Positions 35,629 to 45,234 of a stretch of 64,000 nucleotides of DNA are shown piece after piece. A model generated the notes under the pieces. That model made no database searches. It was not told the origin of the DNA and worked only from the letters and a program-made list of their open reading frames with translations. This DNA is from Candidatus Thorarchaeota archaeon (lineage in GTDB: Archaea > Asgardarchaeota > Thorarchaeia > Thorarchaeales > Thorarchaeaceae), in the NCBI GenBank assembly GCA_004524445.1, contig SDNP01000014.1:1-64000 (forward strand). Reading direction: 5' to 3'. Positions within the stretch are counted from its first letter, which is position 1; the number at the start of each line of letters is the position of its first letter. Position numbers and translations under genes: made by a program.

Positions 35629-37201
35629 TCCGCTCGCTCAAGAGATGGGATTTGGTGGCAGAAATAATCCTAACATCTAGCTTTGTGCCAATGGGAATCT
35701 CAGATTTTAGGATGATGGGTTTGTAAGAAAAATTGCGGGCCATCATACCACCTGTAGATCCCTTCTCAGTCACGATTGCCTGTCCTTCCCATCCGACCCA
35801 ATCCTTGTTTATTGATGCTGTCAATCGGTTTACGTATTTTGACAACTTCCTGCTTCTGTTTTTTTTCACTGTTGTGTCTGTTTTCTGGTCAGATTTAGAA
35901 GCCAATGTACCTGGTCGGTCGCCATACTTGGATATATTCACCAGGGTTGGCCGTGTTTCTTTAATCAACTCCATGGTCTTATCAAAGTCTTTGTCTGATT
36001 CTCCCGGAAAGCCAACTATGATATCAGTTGCAATAGTCGCCATGGGAAACCTGTTGCGAATGCTTTCAATCACTTTCACCCAATCTTCAACCACATAGCG
36101 CCTGCGCATAAGCCGTAGAATGTCATTGCTTCCTGATTGAATTGGAATATGGAAGAACTGGAAGAAGTGGCTTGATGTCATTGTATCTAGCAGGTCTGGT
36201 AGATATCCCTTGACCGCATTGGGGTTGAACATGCCCAATCTGAATCGATGTGTCCCTTGTATTTCATCTAGTGCACTAAGAAGCTGGGGAAGCGTTTCAG
36301 AAGTATCAAATCCATAAACACCGGTGTCTTGACCTGTCAATCGAATCTCCTTATAGCCAAGATGAACACATCTCTTTGCAATATCCATTATTTCGGAGAT
36401 TGGATAACTGTTCAACTCCTCGCGGGCAAATTTCACTGCACAATAGGCACACTCACCGATACAACCCTCAGCTATCGGGATTGTACAAATGACTGACTGA
36501 GGTGGGCCCTCAAAGTATTGGAGTTTAGATTCCGAATCCGATGATAGATGTTCTATACCTCTCTCACCCCTCAGGATTCTATTGAGAATTTCAGGTAGAG
36601 TAGTGATACACTGAGGCCCAACAATGGCCCCGAAATTAGGTATTGCACGTCGTACTCTATTCAAGGAGATTTTTGGAAGACATCCCGCTACTACAACAGG
36701 AAGAGAAAGCTCGGCTAATTCACTTAGGCGATAGATGATACGGTCCTCAGTCGGTTCCTTGACTCCGCATGTATTCACAATCATGATATCAGCGAGTTCG
36801 GGGTCCGAGACCCTTTTTGCACCCAATCGATTCAGATGGCCGGCTATTAGGTCGGAGTCAGCAGTATTTAAGGCACAGCCGTAGGTTTCCAAATAATACT
36901 TGATATCCACTGGAATCGCACTCCCCCCCTGGATGTGAGGGAGAATTGTGATGGTGTCCCCCTCATTCACCGGCGTATTCCATCCATCTAGTCGACCAAT
37001 TTCTTTTCTATTCAACAGAATAATGAGATTGCCACTAATGCCGTCTGAATTCATAATTAGACGACGAACTCTCTTACCGTATCGCTTTGCCATGTCATGA
37101 ATAACATAACCAACAGAAGATTCGGGTGGTACATCCACCGCTATGGTCTTCGAACCTATCTCTCGCCTGATAGGACCGAAGAATTTGATATTCACTTTCA
37201 T
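35612..37201 (-). CDS. mtaB: MoaD/SAMP ubiquitin-like domain fused to an archaeal MtaB/CDKAL1-type tRNA methylthiotransferase
   Basis: aa 1-93 beta-grasp (VNIKFFG..R, LNRKEI..LDG..TPV.EGD.ITILP.IQGG), then ETYGC, NTC, AGC, CxxxCxxC (CIGECAYC), IPIQSGSN, TDIIVGFPGE, TRAM tail. Confidence 0.9.
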   Translation of the reverse strand: MKVNIKFFGPIRREIGSKTIAVDVPPESSVGYVIHDMAKRYGKRVRRLIMNSDGISGNLIILLNRKEIGRLDGWNTPVNEGDTITILPHIQGGSAIPVDIKYYLETYGCALNTADSDLIAGHLNRLGAKRVSDPELADIMIVNTCGVKEPTEDRIIYRLSELAELSLPVVVAGCLPKISLNRVRRAIPNFGAIVGPQCITTLPEILNRILRGERGIEHLSSDSESKLQYFEGPPQSVICTIPIAEGCIGECAYCAVKFAREELNSYPISEIMDIAKRCVHLGYKEIRLTGQDTGVYGFDTSETLPQLLSALDEIQGTHRFRLGMFNPNAVKGYLPDLLDTMTSSHFFQFFHIPIQSGSNDILRLMRRRYVVEDWVKVIESIRNRFPMATIATDIIVGFPGESDKDFDKTMELIKETRPTLVNISKYGDRPGTLASKSDQKTDTTVKKNRSRKLSKYVNRLTASINKDWVGWEGQAIVTEKGSTGGMMARNFSYKPIILKSEIPIGTKLDVRIISATKSHLLSERTSRVS

Positions 37202-37232
37202 AATGGTACCCGGATGTTATCATGCATTCGTT

Positions 37233-37613
37233 CTATTCGGATTCTTGATACTTCTCGATTAGCTCGTCAACCATTGATTCTACAATGGAAATAATCTTCT
37301 CGATAAGCTCCCAGGAGGCATCTTCTACATGAATACCAACGGCAACGACAACAGTTACTTCAAGTGCTTCGGATAGTTTCTCTGCAGCAGAATTTGCCAG
37401 TACATAGTCTTTGTGACCCGGGGACGTTATGGTATTCACGCTTATTGTGGTAGCGTCTCTATAATGGCTTTTTGTGGGGTAGGCCAGGGCGACACCGCCA
37501 ATATGAGATTCATCGCCGCCATAGATTCGAACAAGTATGTCTTTGCCCACCCTTTCACTCTGGAGTATCATCTCATGCGAGTTGGCATTTCTACGAATCA
37601 CAATTGGATTCAT
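37233..37613 (-). CDS. LpdD/PAC4-like small protein
   Basis: VGKD....YGG...HIGGVALA, PGHKD, VVVAVGIHVEDA; start refined to ATG 37613. Confidence 0.7.
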   Translation of the reverse strand: MNPIVIRRNANSHEMILQSERVGKDILVRIYGGDESHIGGVALAYPTKSHYRDATTISVNTITSPGHKDYVLANSAAEKLSEALEVTVVVAVGIHVEDASWELIEKIISIVESMVDELIEKYQESE

Positions 37614-37614
37614 A

Positions 37615-39171
37615 TCAGTCTTCATCCTCCTGTTGCTGATGCATACGCCAAGACAGGGTTAAGGTCTTCGGATGAGCTGCCCGATATTCGTCAAGTAATC
37701 CAATGGCTGTGGAATGAGGTGCTACCTTTACCTTTTCGGGTTCATCATATGCCTCATCCGAGATTTTTTGATACACCGCAATCATATCATCGAGACTATC
37801 TTTCGTTTCAACTTCAGTAGGCTCTATCATTAGCGCTTCATCAACAATGAGAGGGAAGTAGACAGTGGGGGCATGTATGCCATAATCCAGCAATCTTTTG
37901 GCGATATGCTTTGCAGTTACCTCAGTTTCATCCTTCATTTCCTCAGCTGAGATTACGCACTCATGCATCCGTGGAGCGTTTTGGGAGTAAGGCAGTGTAA
38001 AACCGCGTATTTTGCTGATATGTCTCGCAACATAATTGGCATTGAGAACAGCTGCCTTAGAGGTTGCAAAAAGGCCATCTTTCCCTAGAGCATAAATGTA
38101 TGAATAAGCCCTGACAAGTACACCGAAGTTTCCGTAGAAGCCGTGTACCTTGCCAATCGAGTTTGGAAGATCGTAATCAAGAGTGAAAATACCATTCTCA
38201 TCTCGCCGTATTCTAGGTACAGGAAGGTATTCTGCAAGTTTTTCTTTGACGCCAACCGGTCCTGCCCCGGGGCCTCCACCACCATGCGGAGTTGAAAAGG
38301 TCTTGTGCAAATTGAGATGTACTACATCAAAGCCCATATCTCCCGGACGTACAACACCCATAATTGCGTTGAAGTTTGCACCATCATAGTAAAGCAAGCC
38401 ACCTGCATCATGAACAATTCCCGCTATTTCAGCGATATCCTTCTCAAAAACACCGATGGTATTGGGATTGGTAAGCATCAAACCAGCAGTCTTTGGGCCA
38501 GCAACCTCCTTCAGGGCTTCAATATCAACTCTTCCTTCATCATTAGATGGAATGACGACAACCTCATAACCAGCCATGGAGGCAGATGCTGGATTAGTTC
38601 CATGCGCAGAATCTGGAATCAGCATCTCATTTCTCTGGTCGCATTCATCGGACACACATTTGTGGTATTCTCGAATTACGAGGACGCCAGTAAGCTCACC
38701 TTGAGCGCCTGCGGGAGGCTGAAGAGTAACTGCATCCATGCCAGTTATTGCACCTAACCATTTCTCGAGTTCCCACATCAGTTCAAGGGCACCCTGTGTT
38801 GTAGATGTGTCCTGATATGGATGTAACCTTGCAAAGCCCGGAAGGGACGCAGCCCAATCATTCTCAGCAGGATTATACTTCATGGTACAGCTTCCCAGAG
38901 GGTAAGTACCTTGACTCACTGAGAAGTTCATCTGGGATAGCCTAGTGAAGTGGCGGACAATGGTGGGTTCAGATACTTCAGGAATGCTCGGAGGGCTTTT
39001 TCGTTTCATCACAGATGGAATCACTGAATCGAGATTGCCGACCACATCTTGAATTGCTGGTGGGATTGCTGGAAATTGATGTCCAATAACTCCTGGACTC
39101 GTCTTCTCAAAGATAATAGGCTCGCTCCATTTGGCTTGCCGATACTTTTCAGAACTCGGTTTGTTTGACAT
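37615..39171 (-). CDS. gcvPB: Glycine dehydrogenase subunit 2
   Basis: YPLGSCTMKYNP, SAHGTNPASA, HLNLHKTFSTPHGGGGPG. Confidence 0.96.
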   Translation of the reverse strand: MSNKPSSEKYRQAKWSEPIIFEKTSPGVIGHQFPAIPPAIQDVVGNLDSVIPSVMKRKSPPSIPEVSEPTIVRHFTRLSQMNFSVSQGTYPLGSCTMKYNPAENDWAASLPGFARLHPYQDTSTTQGALELMWELEKWLGAITGMDAVTLQPPAGAQGELTGVLVIREYHKCVSDECDQRNEMLIPDSAHGTNPASASMAGYEVVVIPSNDEGRVDIEALKEVAGPKTAGLMLTNPNTIGVFEKDIAEIAGIVHDAGGLLYYDGANFNAIMGVVRPGDMGFDVVHLNLHKTFSTPHGGGGPGAGPVGVKEKLAEYLPVPRIRRDENGIFTLDYDLPNSIGKVHGFYGNFGVLVRAYSYIYALGKDGLFATSKAAVLNANYVARHISKIRGFTLPYSQNAPRMHECVISAEEMKDETEVTAKHIAKRLLDYGIHAPTVYFPLIVDEALMIEPTEVETKDSLDDMIAVYQKISDEAYDEPEKVKVAPHSTAIGLLDEYRAAHPKTLTLSWRMHQQQEDED

Positions 39172-40568
39172 TAGTCTATACCTCCGGGTTGAAGAATTTC
39201 TTCAATGATTTTCGCTAGTTCATCAATTGTTTCTTTATTATGCATCTCAGTGACACTCAGCAACATTGACTCGCCTAAATGTGGAAAGTCTTCAGACAAT
39301 AAACGCCCACCATGGAATCCCTCAGAGAGGAGCTTCTTGTGAACTTCTGTCGCCTGAGCATTTTCAAATCGAATAACGAAATCCTGCCAGATGCTACTGC
39401 CAATAGCCGGAGCCGTCACACCTGAGATATCATTCAGTATCTTTGCGGCGTAATGAGATTGGTAGGCAATGTTTTTACTTAATTCCTGAATCCCATTTCG
39501 GCCAAGTAACGATGTGTATATCGCCGCTGTGACAGCCATGAGAGCTTGATTGGTGCAAATATTGCTGGTCGCCTTTTCGCGCCGAATATGTTGCTCTCGA
39601 GCACTCAAGGTGAGAGTATAACCCTGTTCATAAGGCTCTTCTTCTGTTCTTGTAAGGCCTACAAGGCGGCCAGGCATTTGGTAGACCAGTTTTCTCTCCA
39701 TTTTACATCCAAAGACGCCCAATAGAGGACCTCCATAACTCATGTCGATCCCAAGAGGCTGTCCCTCCGCAATCACAATATCAGCATCGTAATCCCCTGG
39801 CGGACGAAGCAGACCCAGTGATAGAACGTTAACACCAACCACCAAGAGGGCACCCGCTTCATGTACTAGTTTGGATATGTCATCCACTTGTGTTTCTATG
39901 AATCCAAGGTATGACGGATTTTCAAGATACACTCCTGCAACATCTTCATCCAATTTGGCATCCAAATCAGATAGTGACAGTAGGCCCGTGCCTTTGTCAT
40001 AATCAATTTTCTCAAGAGTGATATCTGCAGGTTCCGCGTATGTCTTGGCGACTTGGTAGTGCTCCGGTTTTATTGTTCCGGGAACCAAGAATTTTGATGA
40101 CCTCTTGACTCGCGATGCCATCCTTAATGCTTCACCTAGACTCGTAGCCATGTCATACATGCTACTATTTACAACATCCAAATCCAGAATTTCTGCCAAC
40201 AGACTCTGATACTCAAAAAGAGTCTGGAGCATGCCCTGACTTATTTCGGCTTGATATGAGGTATAGGATGTAACAAACTCTGATCGAGATGCTAGAGACT
40301 TCACTACTGCCGGGACATAGTGTATTCCGGCACCGGCGCCGAGGAATGATCTCCCATCCTCCGTTAGTGCATTCTTTGAGGCTAGTTCTTTGAGCCGCTT
40401 TGTAACCTCCATCTCTGAATGGGGGCGTGGAAGGTCTACCTCCTTGTGCAGCCTAAGTTTCTCAGGTACATCTCTGAATAGCTCGTCGATATCGTCCAAT
40501 CCAATCGAGTTCAAAATATCTTCTTGGGAGTCATCTGTCATTGGAATCCAGGGGTGTTTATAGCTCAT
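39171..40568 (-). CDS. gcvPA: Glycine dehydrogenase subunit 1
   Basis: TSYTSYQAEISQG, REQHIRREKATSNICTNQ. Confidence 0.96.
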   Translation of the reverse strand: MSYKHPWIPMTDDSQEDILNSIGLDDIDELFRDVPEKLRLHKEVDLPRPHSEMEVTKRLKELASKNALTEDGRSFLGAGAGIHYVPAVVKSLASRSEFVTSYTSYQAEISQGMLQTLFEYQSLLAEILDLDVVNSSMYDMATSLGEALRMASRVKRSSKFLVPGTIKPEHYQVAKTYAEPADITLEKIDYDKGTGLLSLSDLDAKLDEDVAGVYLENPSYLGFIETQVDDISKLVHEAGALLVVGVNVLSLGLLRPPGDYDADIVIAEGQPLGIDMSYGGPLLGVFGCKMERKLVYQMPGRLVGLTRTEEEPYEQGYTLTLSAREQHIRREKATSNICTNQALMAVTAAIYTSLLGRNGIQELSKNIAYQSHYAAKILNDISGVTAPAIGSSIWQDFVIRFENAQATEVHKKLLSEGFHGGRLLSEDFPHLGESMLLSVTEMHNKETIDELAKIIEEILQPGGID

Positions 40569-40717
40569 GTTGGGTATCACCAGGTTGATTAGCTACTTGT
40601 GGATGCGAGAGGCCATCCCAATAGGCTTTTTGATTTGTAGCTTCATTGAACAGTCGGGCTTGGAATTGTTTTTAAGTGCTAAGAAGATGACCCGAACGAC
40701 TGGAGGTTGCGTACAAG

Positions 40718-41038
40718 ATGAAACGCTGGTTGATGGATATTCTTGCTTGCCCCGCAAAAGATTGTAGAAGTGAGCTGGGCTTGGAGGTGTTCGAGTCTCA
40801 TGACATCGAAACAGGAGACGGAACTGTTGAAGAAATCGATGCGGCACTGATAACTTGCCCAAAATGCGGAAGATGGTATCCAGTCATTGATGGCATAGCA
40901 TGTATGCTACCGGATGACCTCCGAATGGAAGGAAAACAACGCAGAGAAGAAACTGCCTTTCTTGAGAATTGGAAAGGAAAGATAGACGACGATATCCTTG
41001 AAAATGGCATGCCTTTTGGTCTGCAACCTGAAAGCTAA
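40718..41038 (+). CDS. Trm112-like methyltransferase activator
   Basis: LMDILACP..C, CPKCGRWYPVIDGI..ML. Confidence 0.88.
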   Translation: MKRWLMDILACPAKDCRSELGLEVFESHDIETGDGTVEEIDAALITCPKCGRWYPVIDGIACMLPDDLRMEGKQRREETAFLENWKGKIDDDILENGMPFGLQPES

Positions 41039-41069
41039 AATGTAATTCTCCTTTCGCATGTAGTAACTT

Positions 41070-41145
41070 AGCCCCGTAGTGTAGTGGTCCAGCATAAGGG
41101 GTTTTGGTCCCCTCGACCCAGGTTCAAATCCTGGCGGGGCTACCA
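41070..41145 (+). tRNA. tRNA-Gln(TTG), intronless, encoded CCA
   Basis: AGCCCCG/CGGGGCT acceptor (A1-U72), AGGGG-TTTTGGT-CCCCT, CCAGG-TTCAAAT-CCTGG. Confidence 0.95.
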
Positions 41146-41155
41146 CTTTCTTCTG

Positions 41156-42019
41156 TCATTCACCGTCTGACCGACTCACAGGCGGCTCGGGCATATCACC
41201 ATGATGATCCACATGAAGCCGCGTGATTTGGGATAGCACCAACCGATCCCCATTGACAAGAACTTCAATATTGATGTGGTCATCAAGGCCACTAGTGGAT
41301 AGCTTCTTGACAAGGACAGCTTCAACTTGGAAGACGCCCGCTGGATTATCCATTGCAACTGTTATTCGCAAAGGCTTGTCGTCACCCTTCTCAAGGATTA
41401 CATTATTGATAGCCATTGCGCTGACACTATGTATGTCAACCTTCCCTTGGTGGAAGGGGACCATCGTTCTGCCCTTGGTCATGTCACATCCATCACCGAT
41501 TTTCGTTATTCCTGCTTCAAAGGTAAGACAGGGAGTGTCATCATCGTGGGCATAGATTCCGTGAAGAATTGCAGACAGGATGTCCGTCGCTTTTGCAGAG
41601 TCATCATAGATTTGCTCCAATTTCGGTTCTAGAATAGGAGCAGAGAGCTGAATGGCTGCTTGGTAATGTTCCTTTCGATGAATAACCATTCCTAGATCAT
41701 GTAGGTATGTAGATGCCAATACAACAAGGCGAGCATCATCTGTATCGCCAATACCTTCAGCAACAACATTGGGCATGAAGGCTTCGTCCAAAATCGTGAA
41801 GGCTTGAAGTGCATTCCAAGTAGCAACTTCTGCATGAATGGGTCCGTGGTCAGTATACCCTAGTCTTGAAACGGCCATTCTATTAGCAGTTCGTAGATAG
41901 GACTGAACTTTGGGTGAACCCGTTAGATATTGATACATCTCCAGTGCTTTCGTTCCGGTTTCGAGCAAGTCTCTTGCCTTTACCTTATCTCTATCCAAAA
42001 CAGATTGAGTTTCAGTCAT
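41156..42019 (-). CDS. HD-superfamily phosphohydrolase (COG3294-like)
   Basis: YTDHGPIHA, YLHDLG, DGCDMTKGR, IHSVSA. Confidence 0.88.
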   Translation of the reverse strand: MTETQSVLDRDKVKARDLLETGTKALEMYQYLTGSPKVQSYLRTANRMAVSRLGYTDHGPIHAEVATWNALQAFTILDEAFMPNVVAEGIGDTDDARLVVLASTYLHDLGMVIHRKEHYQAAIQLSAPILEPKLEQIYDDSAKATDILSAILHGIYAHDDDTPCLTFEAGITKIGDGCDMTKGRTMVPFHQGKVDIHSVSAMAINNVILEKGDDKPLRITVAMDNPAGVFQVEAVLVKKLSTSGLDDHINIEVLVNGDRLVLSQITRLHVDHHGDMPEPPVSRSDGE

Positions 42020-42094
42020 GTAATCAGTCCCCGAAGGGACAATTAGGTGTTACAGTGACTGTGATAAGGATTGCGAAGGAGGAAGGGAGGCTAG

Positions 42095-45043
42095 TTATAG
42101 CTCTCCAGCTTCCTCTTGCAGGGATAGGAGAATTCTATCTGTTGCACTAGTGGCTTTTTTGATTGTGTTCAAGTAGTCCTGTCGCGATTTCTCGAATGCA
42201 ACCCGACTAATCCTCTGCTTTTTCCTACGAAGCAATAGTTGACGAAGGCCAGCTTTGGCTCCTTCGATTTTCTCGTTCTGGAGCTCGAGCTGAGAAACAA
42301 TGTCACGGTATTTAGTACCATACTCAATCAATTTGTCCTTGAGTTCTGGTAGTTTATCATCAATTTCCTCTAGCTGACCCTTTATCTCTCGCTCTCTTAT
42401 CATATACTCCTTTTTGCTGACTTTACCTCTTCTTCGCGATGCCTCCAGCTTCTCAAGATCCATATTCAGTGAGATACGCTTAGAATATGCATTGGCGAAC
42501 TCAATCAAGAGGCCAGGCGGGGCCCCCGTCTGCACCCTTTGTTGCTCCTTTTCTTCGACTTCTGAAGGAGGAGTTCCTCCCGGCTCAATTACAGATCTCC
42601 GTGATAAGATGTAGGCTATTCCAATAAAGCCAAACAGAAGAGCAAACACGAAGGGTCGAGCGGCGATTCCAATGGAGAGTTGATATATCAGGTTGATTTC
42701 CGCAGGATTCTTTTCAGTAGTGTTGTATATCTCATAACGCAAACGTGTATCAAATATCCCAAATAGAAGTCTATAATCACCTTCAGCCTCTATTGCATTG
42801 ACTGAGGGCGGCATTGCAATGTCTACGATATGCTTTGTTATCAGTATATCACCAAGAGTTACAAAGGGGAATTTTATGCGGTTTCCAGAAGAGACACCAC
42901 TCTGATATTCAGAGAGTTGAATTGTGTAATCCATCTGGAAGGTGTAAGTGAATCCCTTGAAGAAGCCCTCTGGACCGAATCTGTCCTTTCTTAAATCAAG
43001 GCCGATAGGTATTGTTTCATTAGATGCCCATAGCTTAGGCTGTGAATCTGCCAGAATTCCTACCTCATCGTAGATGGAAATTGTGTCGACATATGCTGGT
43101 GCTTCAAGATCAAATTCATTCTGTTTTGCCGGTCCAAGATTGCGAAAAGTGATTGTTTCCTCATAGGAAAGCCAACCCCATGGATCCATTGTAATCTTGG
43201 TATAGCGATCAGCGACTATGAACGGAGTAAATGATCTAATCTCCATTGTAAATTCTTCAATCGTCATGGGAGATATGGTTTTCCAGTTTCCGGATGGTGA
43301 TTTTCCACTCAACGAATCGCCACTTCTGAACTCGATTGACAACTGAGCGCTTCGTAATGGATATGGTAGCACAGGATATTTGAGAAAAGTGATCTCGTAG
43401 AGGTTATCATCGAATACCGTCAACTCATGCAATGAATGCAAAAAGGTGGTCATTGTGAATCTATAGGTTCCACCAAATCCAACAGGTGATGGTAAATAGA
43501 CTCTCCACCGTAGCATAGTATTTGTATCACTAAGTCGAATGACTTTAACCTCTTCTTCTTCCGAATCTGTTGCAGAGGTGGAGAGAAGGTAGGTTTCCCA
43601 TTTCAGAGGCAATACTACATCAAAAGCGGTAATGGGCGCAGAACCGTTGTTAGTAACAGTATAATCATCTTGGATCTCGGTAGTATGATACTCTCGAGTG
43701 TACAGAGTTCGAGATACATCCAATCTCATTCCCTGAAGGGGGATGAAAGGCCAAACTACAGTGATATTGACGTGGGTCGTTGTATTGTAGTTGGAGGCAT
43801 CAGTTGCTTTGAACCAGATTGTATAATTGCCCGCCTCATAATCGGTAAGGTCTAATCGGTATTCCCACAGGTCTGTTTGAAAATTATGTGATATATCAGT
43901 CCAGTTCTCATCATCCACTTTATAGTAGGTTCGTCTGACGAAACTATTGTCAGTGACATTTACTTCGAGTTCAACAGACCAAGATACCTCTTGATTCGGA
44001 GCAGGGGATAGGATGTCAATATGTGGTGCTGTGTTTGTTTCTATCGTTGCCTGGGGAGAATCAACCCAACTTGAATGCTGAACTGGCAAATCTCGAATAT
44101 CTTCAGTATTGGCGAACAAGACTGTAAGTGGATACTGCAGGTCAGTTGCATTGAGAAGGGGGATGCCTTCTGTACTATTCATATTAATGGCGTATTCGAC
44201 TTGTGTACGTATTCCGTCATCGCGTGCATTAGCGGACAGAATTCTTCCTTGATCCGTATAAGGAAGGTGCTGGTATGTGCTGATACCATAATCATATCTA
44301 TAGTCGATTTCATTTGCATCTGCAGGATTGTCATAATTGTCTTCAATGCGCTGGAGAGTGATTTCGTACTCTAAGTCATAACCGTAAAGAGGATGGTCCT
44401 CTTGATTATATGCATCCTCAGCAGGGATGATGAAGTGTCTTACCTCGCCAATACGCATCCCAATTATTTGATTCTTGTACTCTTCAAGAAGCTGTTCCTC
44501 TGATATCGGAGTATCGGATGAGTCATCAGGTACTTCTCCTTCCTCAAGTATCGTGCCATTTCTTGTCTTCAGTACATAGTGCACCGTGACTGCTTCAGAA
44601 CCCGTCACTCTCACAATATCCTCATGAGGTGTGCCAGGGGCATAGCCGTAAATTAGGTCACTACGGTTAAGTCCGTCTATACCGAATGAGTCCGTGTAGT
44701 TTTTCCAACCAAAACCAATCCAGCCATTTGTGGAGGCTGACAGTCCGACATAGAGAATGGATGAATTATGTTCTAGATACACTTCTACACCTGTTATGGG
44801 ATCAGTGTAGGATGCTGCATATTCTGTGGGGTCTATTATGCCATCAGCAAAACCATAATGGGCATCGACATACGGAATGGTAACGTTTGTGAATGTCTGG
44901 GCCAGAGATGGTTGTCGCTGATCTATATTGTTGACTGTATTGGGTTCAGTAGTAACATTACTGGAATCAAGCGCCACGAAGCAGCTTGTTAGCATCAGTA
45001 CTACCAGAGCCATTGTTGCTATTCTTCTGTGCAGCATACTCAA
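42095..45043 (-). CDS. Ribophorin I (Ost1)-like protein with N-terminal DOMON-like, FKBP PPIase and Ig domains; TM and cytosolic helical bundle
   Basis: Signal peptide; LYVGL..GWIGFGW (DOMON); VTVHY..GMRIGEVRHFIIPAEDAY..HPLYG..L.YEI (FKBP); Big-type Ig; RTL..DDYTV.N and KITMDPWGWLSYEETI.FRN (ribophorin I-like); TM; coiled coil. Confidence 0.8.
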   Translation of the reverse strand: MSMLHRRIATMALVVLMLTSCFVALDSSNVTTEPNTVNNIDQRQPSLAQTFTNVTIPYVDAHYGFADGIIDPTEYAASYTDPITGVEVYLEHNSSILYVGLSASTNGWIGFGWKNYTDSFGIDGLNRSDLIYGYAPGTPHEDIVRVTGSEAVTVHYVLKTRNGTILEEGEVPDDSSDTPISEEQLLEEYKNQIIGMRIGEVRHFIIPAEDAYNQEDHPLYGYDLEYEITLQRIEDNYDNPADANEIDYRYDYGISTYQHLPYTDQGRILSANARDDGIRTQVEYAINMNSTEGIPLLNATDLQYPLTVLFANTEDIRDLPVQHSSWVDSPQATIETNTAPHIDILSPAPNQEVSWSVELEVNVTDNSFVRRTYYKVDDENWTDISHNFQTDLWEYRLDLTDYEAGNYTIWFKATDASNYNTTTHVNITVVWPFIPLQGMRLDVSRTLYTREYHTTEIQDDYTVTNNGSAPITAFDVVLPLKWETYLLSTSATDSEEEEVKVIRLSDTNTMLRWRVYLPSPVGFGGTYRFTMTTFLHSLHELTVFDDNLYEITFLKYPVLPYPLRSAQLSIEFRSGDSLSGKSPSGNWKTISPMTIEEFTMEIRSFTPFIVADRYTKITMDPWGWLSYEETITFRNLGPAKQNEFDLEAPAYVDTISIYDEVGILADSQPKLWASNETIPIGLDLRKDRFGPEGFFKGFTYTFQMDYTIQLSEYQSGVSSGNRIKFPFVTLGDILITKHIVDIAMPPSVNAIEAEGDYRLLFGIFDTRLRYEIYNTTEKNPAEINLIYQLSIGIAARPFVFALLFGFIGIAYILSRRSVIEPGGTPPSEVEEKEQQRVQTGAPPGLLIEFANAYSKRISLNMDLEKLEASRRRGKVSKKEYMIREREIKGQLEEIDDKLPELKDKLIEYGTKYRDIVSQLELQNEKIEGAKAGLRQLLLRRKKQRISRVAFEKSRQDYLNTIKKATSATDRILLSLQEEAGEL

Positions 45044-45234
45044 TATTAATCACCGATTGCCATCTAGGGTGCTAGCTCACGTAGGCGTGACACCTAGAAC
45101 GATGCGCTCCAGCTTCGGGTCGGTTAAAATAGTTTCTGTTAGACTAGTTGATGTACAACAGGAAAGAACGTCTTTCGTCCCGAAAAGTGTAAATTGGATA
45201 TGGAAGACGAGGATGTAATGAGGAGAAACACATC

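Noticed and set aside
45064-45098. Hairpin in the ribophorin/aglH intergenic region
   Set aside because: Short and imperfect; cannot distinguish from chance without comparative data.
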